Source: the human T2T-CHM13v2.0 reference genome, Homo sapiens
Length of the DNA stretch: 64,000 nt
Strand: one strand, 5' to 3'
Assembly: GCF_009914755.1 (NCBI RefSeq)
Contig: NC_060925.1
Part shown: in pieces, positions 12,905 to 26,350 of the stretch
Layout of the letters: each line of letters begins with the position of its first letter
Position numbering within the stretch: the stretch's first letter is position 1
Made by a program: the position numbers and the translations under genes
Notes under the pieces: model-generated
The model's database searches: none
The model's input: the letters and a program-made list of their open reading frames with translations, nothing else
Told to the model about the DNA's origin: nothing

Positions 12905-13069
12905 CCTCTGTCTCAGAAGGTTGCCAAGGGAATCAAAAGAGAGAATGTTTGGAACAGCTTGGAAAATGATAAAGCCTAGTACAAACGAAATGCTGAATTC
13001 CTATTATCGTTAGTGCAGTTCTGTTGCTATGTGACCTTAAATAAGTCTCTTCCCTTTCCTGAGACTTTT
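12905..13069 (+). repeat. 165-bp direct repeat copy 2 (likely donor)
   Basis: Matches 11661-11825; its 3' part continues into MIR-like sequence. Confidence 0.95.
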
Positions 13070-14081
13070 TTCTCCTCTGTGCAATCAGGGAGCCAGACCA
13101 GATGGCATCCAAGGTTCTTGCATCTCTGACACCCTGTGTATTGAACTTACCAGCTACCACATTCTAAACCCATTAAAATAATAAAGCAATCATTCCCAGT
13201 ACATTCTTTTCAATCTCAGTGAAAGGATTTTTATATTAATTTTATTTGTAATATAATGTCTGCTGATTTTTAAAAAACTTAAAAATATTTACCTTATTAC
13301 TTCTTTTGAATTTAGTTTTTAGTGAATTGTGCTACCTTTTAACCTCAGAGCAGGCCCCTTTCTCACCCCAAGGAAGCCCGTGTCTGCATGGGTTCGGTCT
13401 CGTGCACATTTAGCATATCATATACACCAGAACCTCTCCCACTGCTCCAGTACTGGTAACTTTTAAAGTGCTGTCCAATTTCCATCCTCATTTGGTAGTC
13501 AGAACAACCTGGAGAAGAATGGGGCATATGTCATTGATACATTTGAGACAGAAAGAACCTCCAGCTCAGAGAAGCTGAGTGATTTGCATATGGCCTCACA
13601 GTCAGCTAATGGCAGAGCTGGCCCTGGAACCAGGTTTCTGGCTTGCAGCCCAGTGCCCTTTCCAATTGTGGTTGTAGCAGTCTGTCTGGTTCAAACACTT
13701 CCTTCTTCCTGGGTGAGATAATGCTCCTTCCTTCTTCCCTTATTCAGGACTTGTGCTATGAATTGGGATGAATTGCATTATCCTGCCACCTTAATACACC
13801 ATCCCCTCTTGAAGAAAGTGGTGCTTCCACTACATGACTGTTTGGGTGCTGTGGCCAAGATCAGAACGTAGTCTAGAGTACCAGCTCAGCACCCAGTCTG
13901 TGGTTTGCAGAAAGTACAAGTCTATGGCTTCACCCCTCCCCAGTTTCTGTGCACCCCCCATACTTTCCATCAGTATCTCACCATCTCTCTCCCTCCCCTA
14001 CTCTCCTATCACTTTCCTTTCTCCAATCTTCTTTGCCTCTCCCCTCCTGCTCTCCTTTGTCTTCTGGCTTTGTCCCTCCAG

Positions 14082-14290
14082 CCCCAAGCAGGTCCTGGGG
14101 AAAGTTGCTCTGGAGCTGGTTCTGTGGGCTCTCTGGAACACCGGAGCAGGCCCTGAGCCCAGCAGAGAAGGCTGCGCTAGAACAGAAGCTGACAAGCATT
14201 GAGGAGGAGCCACTCTGGAGACATGTCTGCAACATCAATGCTGTCCTTTTGCTGGCCATCAACATCTTCCTCTGGGGCTATTTTGCGTGA
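14082..14290 (+). CDS. SLC5A9: SLC5A9 final coding segment (APSRSWGKLLWSWFCG...NIFLWGYFA*)
   Basis: Long pyrimidine tract plus ccctccAG; SGLT-type C-terminal TM helix ending GYFA; TGA at 14288-14290. Confidence 0.96.
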
Positions 14291-15390
14291 TTCCACAGAC
14301 CTGGCTTCAGTGTAGACAGATTAAACAAAGCCCAAGCCTGTCAGCCACAGAAACAGGCTCTCCTCTTACTTTGCTGTCTAAACTGGAGATCACAGAAGTC
14401 AAGACTGCAAGCTCCCCTGAAGAGAATCCAACTCAACCTGCACACTTGACAAGTGGAGAAACAGAAGCTCAGAGAGAGCACTGGGTTTGTTCAGGACCAC
14501 CCAGAAGGTGTCACACGGGGTTTCCCCACTCTTTCTGATATATTGCCTTACAGACCTACCTCAAACACACTGTTTCCACCCTCTTCTTGAATGTATTCAG
14601 TAGCCTTTACTGAATGTGTGTCTTGAGAGTAGAAAAATGGAGGATACAAGAAAAGGAGCAGGAAGAAATTTGCAAAAATCCAAGAGCACCTTTGCTCCCC
14701 CTTATCCTCCTTCCTCTTCCCCTTTCTAGTTCCCCTACCTCTCTATCTTTCTATTCTCACCAATAATCTCTTTGTTGCATGAATTTACCCAGGAGAGTCC
14801 TATATTTCCATTGGTGGCTCCACAGTGGTGGCTGTCAGACCCGAAGGGGTGGGGAGCCAAGGGTGGACTTTAAGCATGGTGACAGATGGTATTTTGGGCA
14901 GAAAGCTCTTAGACAATGGACTATCCAAAGCACTATTTAAATTCTGCCTCTTCCTACTCTCTAACCCAAATATGCACAAACTCTCTATGGCCTTGAGAAG
15001 CAGTTGGAGAGACATGACTTGTTAAAACCTCAAGGAATCAAGACATGTTACTCTGTATTTAAGGGTAAGCCCCACAGCGGGCAGCACAAACAGCCTGGGA
15101 GCCACTGTGCCTGTGCTTCTCTGTCCTTCTCCCTTTGCTTGCCATGAATCCGCATACCTTGGAATACACTGTGACCCCAGTTAAGTGTCCCTTCGCCAGG
15201 AAGCTGCCGCAACGTCCAGACCTGGGTCAAGTTCCCACTCCTGCTCCCATAGCCTTGACCTGCTTCTGTCACAGCACTGATCACACTGAGATGGAAGACT
15301 CCAGGGGGCAAGGACCAAGGGCCATATCCCAAGTGACTTTGTACCCAGAAAATAACAGCTGTTCAATAAATGTGTATTGAGTTAATTAGT
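14291..15390 (+). other. SLC5A9: SLC5A9 3' UTR (end approximate)
   Basis: Between the stop codon and AATAAA at 15365; cleavage site inferred ~20 nt downstream. Confidence 0.7.
15365..15370 (+). terminator. Polyadenylation signal AATAAA for SLC5A9
   Basis: Canonical hexamer ~1.1 kb after the stop, followed by GT-rich sequence; an alternative ATTAAA lies at 14320-14325. Confidence 0.7.
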
Positions 15391-16169
15391 TCTCCATGGT
15401 CCTGGTAGACTTTGTGCTGCAGCTGGCTGGGTAGTGACTTGGAGTGTTAGCTGTTAGGGGTGAGTCTCCTTCACTTGGAGTTTAAGTAACTGAGTCTCAG
15501 ACACCTAGAGTGGGATCACAGCCCCAGCCTACTGACAGACACCAGGTGAGGGCGTGCCTTTCTTCTATCTCCCAGTCAAGGCTGCCTCTACTCTCATCCA
15601 TTTACACTGACCAGTAATTACAACTGGATACAAATAAAATTCTATGTTTTTGAGGTGTAGACACAGCAGACTCGATGAATACCTCATGTCACTGCAGCCT
15701 CCACATTTTTGTTTTCATTGACCTTTTGACCTCACTTGCTTCTCACCTTAGTTGGCTCTGCCCTCTCCATTGTTCCCCGTTGATCCTTACTGAGAACTCA
15801 GTTTTCCCCTGATTTCTCCCAAAACCTTTCACACTAGTATTTGTGTGTGACATATTATATTGAAGGTTTGGGGAGAAGAATTTTAAACCACAGAAGCACA
15901 ATCTAAAATTGGATACTGAATATCTTATTTTTAAATGTTCCTCAGCTCCCAGAATTTCTCAGAGGTCTCTTCCTCAATCTCCAACTTCCTGCCTTCTGCC
16001 TGGCTCTTGGCACCTCCCCCTCTGTAGATTTGAGAGATGTCTCTCCATTCCTCCAATCTTGGCCCTCCTCCTCCTTTATTGTCCTGTTATTGTACTGAGC
16101 CTCTACTAAACTCCGGACGTATCTCATCTGACCCAAAGACAAGACATGCTGTTGAATACAGTAGGACTG

Positions 16170-16550
16170 CAGAAGGGTGGCCACTCCCCTTCCCTACCAT
16201 TTTGCCTGATTAATTCCTACTTATTCTTCACATCTCAGCTCAAAAGTCACATCCTAAGTAAAGCCATATAGTCCCGGTCATGAACTTAGCACAAACACCT
16301 ACATCCCAAAGATGAGCCCCTAACACCCAAGATACAGTCTCATGATCCCCCAACTTTGCCTTCAAAGCATATGTCAGTGTATACTACTAATTTGTGTGAT
16401 TATTTCATTAATAGGCATCTCTTCCCCTAGATTGTGAGCTCCCTGCTGAATCCCCTTCACCTAGATAGGTACCTGGCACATGGTGGGTACAAAATTCTGT
16501 GTTATATGAATAAGTGAAAGAATAAATGAATGAAATGAGTGAGTGAAAGG
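16170..16550 (+). mobile_element. L2 3'-end remnant
   Basis: CTAGATTGTGAGCTCC...TACCTGGCACATGGT...AATGAATGAA tail. Confidence 0.6.
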
Positions 16551-17189
16551 GCACCCCTAGCAGAGGAAACCAAAGATTAAAAAACACAGAGGTGGGAAAA
16601 ATTATGACATAACTAGGAACAAAAATAGTTTTAAATGTCGGGAGTGGAAGATACACGTGGACAGGACCACTGCTAGTCCTTATGCTTCATTGTGAAAGTG
16701 AGCAAAAGATGCCTTTCTTCTTGGCAGATACAGATCCTCACTATAGGGTGACAGGTGGCAGCCAGAGCCCACGCTCACTTCAGCTCCCACATGCCCCTAT
16801 TGGCCAGGTGTATTTGTGCAGGGCACCACCTGCACATCCATGAGTGTTAGGCCTGCATGTTGGGGAATGGGTGGTGCAGTGACTGGGAGGTAAGCAGGTG
16901 ATAGCTCAGGAAGGAAGGTCCATGCTAAACTTGGGACTTCATCTCTTACCTGGATCATTTCAACAGCCCTTTGACTCTTATCTCTCTTCCCAGTCTCTCT
17001 TCTTGCAATTCATCCTATGCACTATAGCAAGAATGATTTTTCTAAAATGCAAGTATTGTTCTATTTAAGACTCTCCATAGATGGTGTTTTCCAGCTTGGC
17101 ATGAGATCCTATGAAAATTGCTAGAAATATATCCCAGGGTTTTGTCCTTGTGCCCCCTTCTGTACTACAGCCAAAGACAGGCTGTTATG

Positions 17190-17446
17190 TGCAGTGGTTA
17201 AGAAGACTGCAGGGGCTTGAAAGACTGATCTTCTGGAACCAATTCCTCATGCTGTCATTTTCTAATGACAAGATATTGGAAAAGTTGTTTAATTTCTCTA
17301 TCTATCTTTTCTCATCCACAAAATGGAGACAGTAATAGCAGCTACTTCATTGGGTTGATGAGAAGATTAAATTAGTTAATTCAAATAAAGTATTTAAAAT
17401 AGTGCCTCACACATAACTAAAGTACTTAATAAATGTTAGCTATTAC
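17190..17446 (+). mobile_element. MIR
   Basis: GCAGTGGTTAAGA...CTCATCCACAAAATGGAGACAGTAATAG...AATAAATGTTAGCTATT. Confidence 0.7.
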
Positions 17447-17788
17447 TGAGACAGCCAGGTGGGAAGGGCTCCCTGGCAAAACTCCAACTGGCCTATGCAC
17501 TGAGAGGAGTGCACACTGGGATGGAGCCACAGACGTTCGTGCCATTTGCAGCAGGGAGGAGCCTGGCCTCTCCTCTCCTTGGGTGGAACCTGGAATTCAA
17601 TCTGTGAGGTGGGAATCCTACACTAGCAGGAACTCTGGCCTTGAAGTGAGTTCCTGTTCCCCGTTTTTTCCTTTTTGCCCAATAAATCCCATTATTCTCA
17701 CCCTTCAAATCATCTGCAAGCCTAATTTTTCATGGCCATGCGATAAGGACCTGGCTCTTAGCTAAACTAAGGAAAACGTCCCACAACA
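17447..17788 (+). mobile_element. ERV1 solo LTR (MER61-like)
   Basis: TG...CA termini, start TGAGACAGCCAGGTGGGAAGGG, internal AATAAA; flanks TTAC/TTAT. Confidence 0.8.
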
Positions 17789-18164
17789 TTATTACTGCTA
17801 TTAGTAGCAGGCAAGATGAACACATAAGGAGGCATGACACTACATAGCAATGTTATTTTAGATCTAGCAGAAAATGCTGTCAGAGAAAAGAGCAGGGAGG
17901 AATTAGTTCTATCAGGGCAATCAGGAAAGGGCATAACATAAAAGTGCATAATGGAGCTAGAGTTTGAAGGAAGAATGAATTGGAGTTTTCTAGAAAAAGT
18001 CATACAAGGTAGTGAGGCAGCATGTGCTAAAGGGTTAAGGTACAAAAGTGCACAATGAATTCCCATAAAATAGGGATACTATTTATTCATTTGCAAATGT
18101 CAACCCTGCATATTTAATTTCCCCTTATAAATCCTGTCTGTATTTAGCCTCTTGCCTCTAAGGC

Positions 18165-18673
18165 AGAGCTGTGAAGATTACTGACCAGGGACTGAAGATA
18201 ATGGGCATTGCACCACTGGGGCAGAGGCTGTCAGTCTCCTTGCCCACATCCCCTAGGTCTCAGCAGTGCTGTTTACTGTGACTTCCTGCTGAAAGCCCCT
18301 TCACCTCTCTGCTGAGGGCTTTCTCTGACTGTAGAAAAATGTTCGGTCCCCTGCATACAACAAGCTAGAAGTGCTTGGAGTTAACACACCTGGGAGCAGC
18401 CCTGAACCAGCGACAAAAAAGAGTTTGAGGATAAGCACTGTCAGCCCCTTGCCCTGAAGTGGGACAACTTGGAGCCTTGCTCTAAAATATCTTTCAGAGG
18501 GACAATGAGGCGCAGCTACCCACCGTGTTAATATGTCCATTAACACACCCTGCATAGCTCCCTTCCCTTCCCTGTCTCATTTCCCCATTTCCTTGGAGGT
18601 GTTTCCTGGGATCTCCTCTGAAATAAACCGCTGGCACCTGGTTTCATGTGCTGCTTCCGAGAAACCAAAGACA
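18165..18673 (+). mobile_element. Ancient ERVL LTR remnant (LTR16-like)
   Basis: 3' end GTTTCCTGGGATC...AAATAAAC...TGCTTCC...AAAGACA. Confidence 0.45.
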
Positions 18674-21600
18674 GTTTTTTAACAGGAAATCAGGCTTTGA
18701 AGTTGGGCTTTGTGGAGAGGGAAAAGGGCAAAGTCTGGAGGATTTTGACCATAAAGTCTTACCCACAGGGAGAGAAGCTCTCCTGTCTAGTATCAAGTCT
18801 TAGCCCTGCTGCTGGCCACAGGAAGTGGGTGCTGAAGGGAAGGTTTTCAGGCAGAGGGAACAGCCCATACAAAGAGATCTATGAGGTTATCTCCAGTTTT
18901 GAGGTTTTACAATCAAGATTTCTTTCATTTTGGCACTAAACACTACAAATAATGTCATGGGCCGCACCCTGTTCCAGGCACTAGGGGTACCATGGTGTTC
19001 AAGCTTTGGTGCCTTCTTAGCTCTCAGCTAGACTCAGTTCTCTGAGGAACAGGATGTTTCTCCTTTAACTCTTATGATACAGTAAAACAGCCAATGTGGT
19101 GGAAAGAAAAGAACCCTAAGCTGAAAGTCAGGAGACCTAAGCTCCATTCCCAGAGTGTGGGGGAGAGTCAGAGGCAAACAGTGAATCACTGCAGTGTAGG
19201 AAGCTCACAAGTCAGGGTCAGTCCTAGAAGGGACCTCAGTGACCAGCTAATCAGACCCCCATATTTCACAGAAAGAGACACTGGAGACTTCTAGAAGGGA
19301 TGGGACTTGCTTAAGGCCATGCAAGGGTTCAGCAACAATTATCCAGGCCCTTCAAGATGAAAAGTGTTTCAGGGGTAGTGGGCAAGCCAAGAATGACATA
19401 GGAGGGGCTGGAGAAAAAGGCATGTTGAGGCCTATATTACCACCAAGCCCTGGGCAGGTCTACTGAAGGCACACACATCACACACACATTTACATTTTCG
19501 TTAATGTGTCTGTCACACTTACCATTTGAAGGGGTCTCCAAGGTCCTCTCATTCAGCCCTACTTCCCCTATCCCATGCCATTGTTCATGTCGCTCCCTTT
19601 GCCTGGAACACTTACCCTTGACCTTCTACCACCATTGCCTATCTCCTACTCACCTCAGGAATCATTTCCTACTAACTTTTCATGCTACTTCCTCCACTCA
19701 CCCAAGTTGGTTTTGTGTCCTTCCTCTGAGCCTCCACAGGCCCCTGTGTTTCTACTATAGCAAGTTTCATGCAAGTGTTATAATTATTTTCATCTCTTCT
19801 TTGCCACAGACTGGTGCTCTTTGAAAGTAGGTGTGGTATTCATCTAGGGGTTGCATTGTTTTAGGACATTTAGTAAGCTCTTCATAAATGTTCAATGAAT
19901 GAGTGAATGAATGCATGTTCAATTTACTCCATCATATTTTGGCTCTGGATTCCTTAGTTCTTAGCCACAATCAAGAGAAAGAATAATAGACAATATCTGT
20001 ACAATCTGTACAGACTTTGGAGTTACAAAGTCCCGCCACGGGTGAGGTCTCATTAAATCCTACAACTCTTAGAGGTAGGTAGACAAGTTTCATTTCCATT
20101 TCAGAAAGGCCAGTCAACACCCAAATGTGAGCTTCAGGACAGCCTGTAAAAATTAAAAAGCAAAGCAGCCTCTTTTGCCTCCAAGTTCCAACAACCCCCT
20201 TCACATTCAGAATGTCCTCAATGTATCTGAGGAATCTCAGATGGTAGCATTCACCATTTGTGCCTCAGTTGTTCCAGTCTCTAATGTGGACCTTCAGTCT
20301 CATTGACTCTAATGCTCCTGTGGCCCCTTTCCAAACCTCTCATCTTTGCCATGCTTTCTCATTCCAGCAGGACCTTGTTCTCAGGTTGATCTCTCCATCT
20401 CTACCTGCCAATATGTACATATGAGATGTCACCCGGCTCTCTCTATATGTATATATTTCAGCAGGGTTCTTAGCCCCTCATTCAATTGCAAGATGATGTC
20501 AGGCCTTCTACCAAGTCACTTAAAAGGAAACTGCCTGTCCATTGGGTCAGTTGTCAGTCACCACAGTGAGAGCTGTAACCACCTCTCTGAAACCTTTCAG
20601 AGCCCCTACCCCAACTCACCTCCAGTCGGTGCATGGGGCAGTGGTTAAAAGTACTAGATAAGCAGGTAAAAGATTTGTATCCTAGCTTAATTTTGTCATT
20701 ACTTGCTTTATGACCCTCCCTAGCCATCCCTCAGTTGCTTCTTCCTTAAAAGAGGAGAGGCGCAAAGGCTTGAATTAGATTAGATGAAATCTATGGACGC
20801 TTCTCATGTTGACATTGTGTGCTTCTAATTTGTTTCCACAGTTTGTCTCCTTGGGGCAGGAAGTGGATGGATTGGTTGGTGGTAGTGGAGGGTATACAGG
20901 GAAAGTCATATGTCAGCTTGAGAGGCAACAGCACAAATAGAAAAACATTGCAGAGTAGCTTTCAGAGAATTGAAATGGGTTTACCATGAGCAATAATAAC
21001 ATTAAGAAGCAGCTTTGAACTGTGAAAGGATGGTGTTTTAAAAAAAAATAGCACTCTTAAAAATATCATGAAGAAAATGTTTTCTAAAGTGTTTTTGTTA
21101 TTGAGTTTGGACTACAAAAGCACTCAATTTAACATGAGAGACTCGTAACCATGTCCTTGGGTGTGAGAGTTCACATCAGTCAGAGGGGATGGAAACTGCT
21201 AGAAGCCCAGGCAAAGCAGTGTCAGTTATCCATTAACCTAGAATGAGTGTCTGTCTAGATTTCTAGCCTTAAGTAAGATTACTGTAATTTCTTCTTTTCT
21301 CCAGGGTGAAAATTTGGGAGAAATTTAAAGGTTATATATAAATGTAAATCCTACAGGCTTAAATTAAGGTAGTTATAGTTTACTTTCATATTTCAAAATC
21401 AAATTTCAGCTTCAGCCCAGACTCACAAAGTAGAAATGTCAGACTTTTTACTGTGGTCTTATACAAAATCTACAACTTTCTCTTAAAGAGGAAAAAATAA
21501 AACCCAACCTTTATACCTTATCTCCTGAATAGACTACAAAAGCAGCATTGGTCTCTCTCTCAGTATGCCTTGTATGTAAATTTTAGGATTATAAACATTC

Positions 21601-22844
21601 AGAATGAGAAGGAACCTCAGAGTCAGCTAGTGCAGCTCTCCTCCCTCTTCATTCTGGGTCAGAATTTATCTGAACAGTCTCCCTGACAGGTAAACTTAGC
21701 CAGCCCTCTATTAGAACTTGCTAATTGGCAGGGTGGTCCAGAGATGGAGCAATGATGACCTCCTGAGAGCATTCATTACTGGACCACACTGCCAATTAGA
21801 AAGTTCTTCCTTTTGCTAGCTAAATTCTGCATCCCTGAAATTTCTAACCACTTAAGCAAACAAAGCAAACATCAGGTATTCCAAAATTATATTTCCACTA
21901 TTTATGATTTCTTCTTAAAGGAATGATTCACAAACTGGGAACTTCCTATAGAATAGTAAATTTATCTGGGATGAGAAGTACATGAAGACTAGTAAGACTG
22001 ATAATTTTTAAAATCCTCGCAATTATTTTATAAAGAGTGCTCCCACATTAACCATCTCATTTAGTTCTCAACACCAGTCTAGGACTGATGAATGAAGAAA
22101 CAAACTCAGAGAGGTGAGGTAATGTGGCTGAACTGGTCTTTAAGCCCAGATTTCTGACTCCACATTCAACCCTACCCTCATTGTACTACTACTCACTCAT
22201 GCAGCATTCTTCATGAATGTTACAGTTTCCAGATTCATGACATAAATATGGAAAACAGCTGCAATCTACGCGGAGGTCAGTCGAATAAAAAAGGCAGGCA
22301 AGTCAGCAAATTATTGCAGAACAATTAAGCACTGAAATTCTAGGTGGGAACAAAATACTTCAGAAAAACAGAAAGGAGCAACAAATTACCTCGTGGAAAT
22401 GGGGAAGGCTTCATGGGAAATAATGTTTAACTTAGATTTAGACATTTAACTCTACTTGGAGTGTAGAGATTTCTGTGTAGACAGACAAAATGATTATATG
22501 AGAGACAGAAGAAACTGCACAAAGCAAGACAAGTATGTAAAAGGCCATGACATCTCTAAGGTAGAGTGAGGTACCTTTTGTGGCTGAAGCACAGGGTCTG
22601 TGAGAGTGTAACACAGATGACATTGGAGAAGAGGTAGAGGTGAGCCTAGGGACACTGGGTGCCACGGTATAGCCAAGAATGGGACAGAGTCAGGAAGGGT
22701 AAGGGCAACTAATATATACAAAGAGCATCTTATCTTTAGAAAGATCATTCCAGCAACAGTAAGAGAATAAATGATAGAGCCAGAGGCTGCTAAGGGATGG
22801 CAATTTTTGAGGTTGTTGCAGCATCACTGAAAAAAAGAAAGGAA

Positions 22845-23560
22845 AAATCCATCAGTAGATAAAGGGATAAACAAAATCTTATACATACACATAGAATACT
22901 ATTCAGCCATGTAAAAAGGACAGCTAAATGATATCTCGTGGACACAAAGAGGGGAACAACACACACTGGGGCCTACTTGAGAGTGGAAAGTGGGAGGAGG
23001 GAGAGGATCAGAAAAAATAACAATTGGGTACTAAACTTAGTACCTGCATGATAAAACAATCTGTATAATAAACATTCGTGACACCAGTTTACCTGTGTAA
23101 CAAAGCTGCACATGTATCCCTGAACCTCAAATAAAAGTTTTTTTAAAAAGGAATGAATTTTTGATATATACTATAACGTGAATGGACCTTGAAAACATTA
23201 CATTTACTGAAATAAACCAGACAGAGAAAGGCAAATATTGAATGATTCTACTTACATGAGGTCCCCAGAATAGGCAAATTCAGAGAGAGAAAAAGCTGAA
23301 TAGAGGGCAGGGGAAGAGTAGGCAAGGGGGAGAAATTGTTTAGTGGGTACAGAGTTTATGTTGAGGATGATGAAAAATTTGGGGTATAGATAGTGGTGAT
23401 AGGTATACAGCATTATGAATGCTGTACATTATGTACATTATGAATGCTGTAACCAAATGTGTACATTTGGTTAAAATTATAAATGGTTAAAATTTGTATA
23501 TTTTACAACGGTTAAAATTATAAATATTATGTTATGTACATTTTACCACTGTTTAAAAAA
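22845..23560 (+). mobile_element. Old L1M 3' end, with a younger L1 3' fragment nested at ~22930-23145
   Basis: AATACTATTCAGCC...TGGACCTTGAAAACATTA motifs interrupted by GGACACAAAGAGGGGAACAACACACACTGGGGCCTACTTGAG...AAATAAAAG. Confidence 0.75.
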
Positions 23561-26044
23561 GGATTGATAAATTAATACTGTACTAAAGCAAACACATCAA
23601 AATGTTAATTGTAGAATAAAAAATTATGGAAGGAAGAGCATGGAAGATTAATTTGGCTAAAGAAAAGAATGTAAATGTTACAACTTTGACAACATAAACA
23701 TGTAGTTGACAAAAGATAGAATTGAGAGGGCAAAGACAGAAGTGTTAATATCTGTCTTCTTATAAAGTAGGTAGTCAACAGATTGTTGAAAGTAGGTGGA
23801 GCAAGAAATAGAGGTTTAAGTCTGTTACTGAAAATTACATATGTAATCAATAAAATAACTAATAATAACATGAATATCAAACACTGGGAAAAGAAGGGAG
23901 GAAAGGTAGTCAACATTAAATTTTCATCTTTCATAGTAGAGATTGTTCTTGGCTTGTTGAAGTCAAGATAAAAGGTATTATATCTACATAATATCAAAAG
24001 GAGTTGTGGAGGAATCCACCAGAATACCTAGGCAGACCATTCACAGAAGGTCATCCCTGGGTACCTGCAGGTATGGGGTAAGAAAAGAGAATATCATAAG
24101 CTGTACTACACTATTTGCAACAACATACTATTTTAACTTTTAAAAGTTAGTACAATTACAAAAAGATAACCTCCTTTGAATGAGGGCCTGAATTAGGACA
24201 GTAGCCGTGAAGGAGGGGAGAGGACTGGAGGAGGGGAGAAGGCTGCTAAAAGGCATTCGTGAAGTTAAATCTGCAGGACTTACTGACTCTGGGGGGATGG
24301 AGAGAATTAAGAATAATTCCCAGGCTTTAGATCTAAAGAGTAGGTACTCTAATGTATTAAGATGTGGAAAGCAGGTTTGGTCTTGAAAGAAGAAATTATG
24401 AGTTCAGATTTGAGCACACCGACTTGGAGGTACCCATGGGATATCCCACTGGCATAGCCAGATAGTTTTTGTATCTGTGAATCTGGAGCTTGATAAACAG
24501 GTTAGGGCTGTACACCTTCCTTATAATTACTGCTTGGGAAAAACACTAACTCTTCATAGGCCTAGTATTAGATCTATGGTTTTGTGTTGGGAATGGTGGT
24601 GATGTCCAGTGGTTTAAGTCACTTTTGGAACAGTGAGCTACTTGAGACTTTATTTTGTGGAAGAAACTGGGAGAGTGAGAGGGTGGAGCCTCTTTGTCCA
24701 GCCATGTTTCTGCAAACTGGTTTGGATCATATATGTTATAATAGAACTTGGGGAGGCAAAGGCAGGGTGATGTGTCACCAGATTCCTCTTCAAGAAAAGG
24801 TCTGTTGCCCCAGCTGCTGGCAGTTCTGTGGGGAGGCAGCCCTCAATTGTCAGCATTTCTTTACCCACAGATCCACCTTGCCAGAGGTCCCACCCTTCCA
24901 AGAGCAGTCCACATCCAGTGAATAATAAGTATAAAAACATGGCCATTTCAGCCTAACATGAGTTTATTCCAATGGGCCATTTTAGCTCCAGCGCTCCCTG
25001 TGAGTTTGAGCAAGGTTGCTATCAGGCCTGCATTGCAGCTAAAATTATCCCCTCTGCCCAATCCTTCCCTCCCACTGGTATAGATCCAAGGTCACTACAT
25101 AAAAAGCATCCTGCAATCCAAACTCCAGTTTAAGAGTCCATGATAGGTGTTAAATGGCTAAGCAAGCTCCTTTGACTTTGCCTATTTGTAGTACTTGCTA
25201 TAATCCCATGCTATGAGGACTAGATTGCTGCAGACAGACCCTAACTGAAGCACAACCCTCTGCATTTTCCATATATACTGGTGAGTAGCTAATGGCTATT
25301 TTCTGTTTTGCAAGATAGAGTGAAAACAGCCTTCAATCAATCCAGCTGGACAAGTAACAAAAAGACTATCATGTGTTCAGCAAATAACTCCATCCAACCT
25401 GCCCCAAAGACCCCCATAGCCAAAGCCATTAAACTTTATGTGTTTTATTTTCTCCCTCCTGCAACCCTGAAGTCTTTGCTGACGTTTGAAGACTGGTAAT
25501 AATCAATGTCCCCATCCATGTTTCTGAATTCTCAGCCAAATTCATGGCTGTCTCATTTTCTGAGTCAGATGTCCTAATCAACTAATCCATTCCAAATAGC
25601 CTTGCTTCTGGATATAAAGGGGGAAGAACAAATAAACATCTTTAAGTTTCAGGGACATAAAACTGTGATGGAAAATGTTCCTTATGGAAACATCAGATGG
25701 TAACAGAAGGGGTGTTTTACAAATAAAAATAAATATATTTGGGACTTCTATGCAATGGCATGAATAAAATGAACCATCATTGGAGAAAAATGTTCATTCA
25801 AAATGATTTAGGGGGATTTAATTTATTTGTTGTTTTGTTTTTCTTTGGTATGTTTTTGTCTTTCTATATTTCCTGGACAACAAATTTTGAAGCCCAGTAA
25901 ATGAAGCAAAATATATCTTGCATTCTACTCAAATTAATCTCAGGAACACATAGATTGTTTTCCAAGGGTAGAGATACATAAGGCTTTACAAATAAAAGGG
26001 ATTTCAAGTGAATCCATTTTTTAAAATGACAGTTGCCTGATTAA

Positions 26045-26350
26045 CAGTAGTGAATGTTTATTGAGCACTTACTATGTGCCAGCCACAGTGTTAAATACTT
26101 TATATGTATTGTCTCATTTAATCCTCCCAGCCCACCTGAGATAGCTAGGGCCTCTGTACAATGTGAATGATGCCTCCTACAGTTGCACAACATGGTAGCC
26201 CTCAGGTTAGGCATCATTTTCCCTTTCTCAGATAAAGAAATGGAGGCACAGAATGATTCGGCACCTTGCCACCAACCTACACAGTTGGTGCATAATACTG
26301 ACAGGTCTCAAACCAAGCTCATTTGGCCAAGTCCGTGGTTCTTACTACAT
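26045..26350 (-). mobile_element. MIR
   Basis: TTTATTGAGCACTTACTATGTGCCAG...CAGATAAAGAAATGGAGGCACAGA. Confidence 0.65.
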
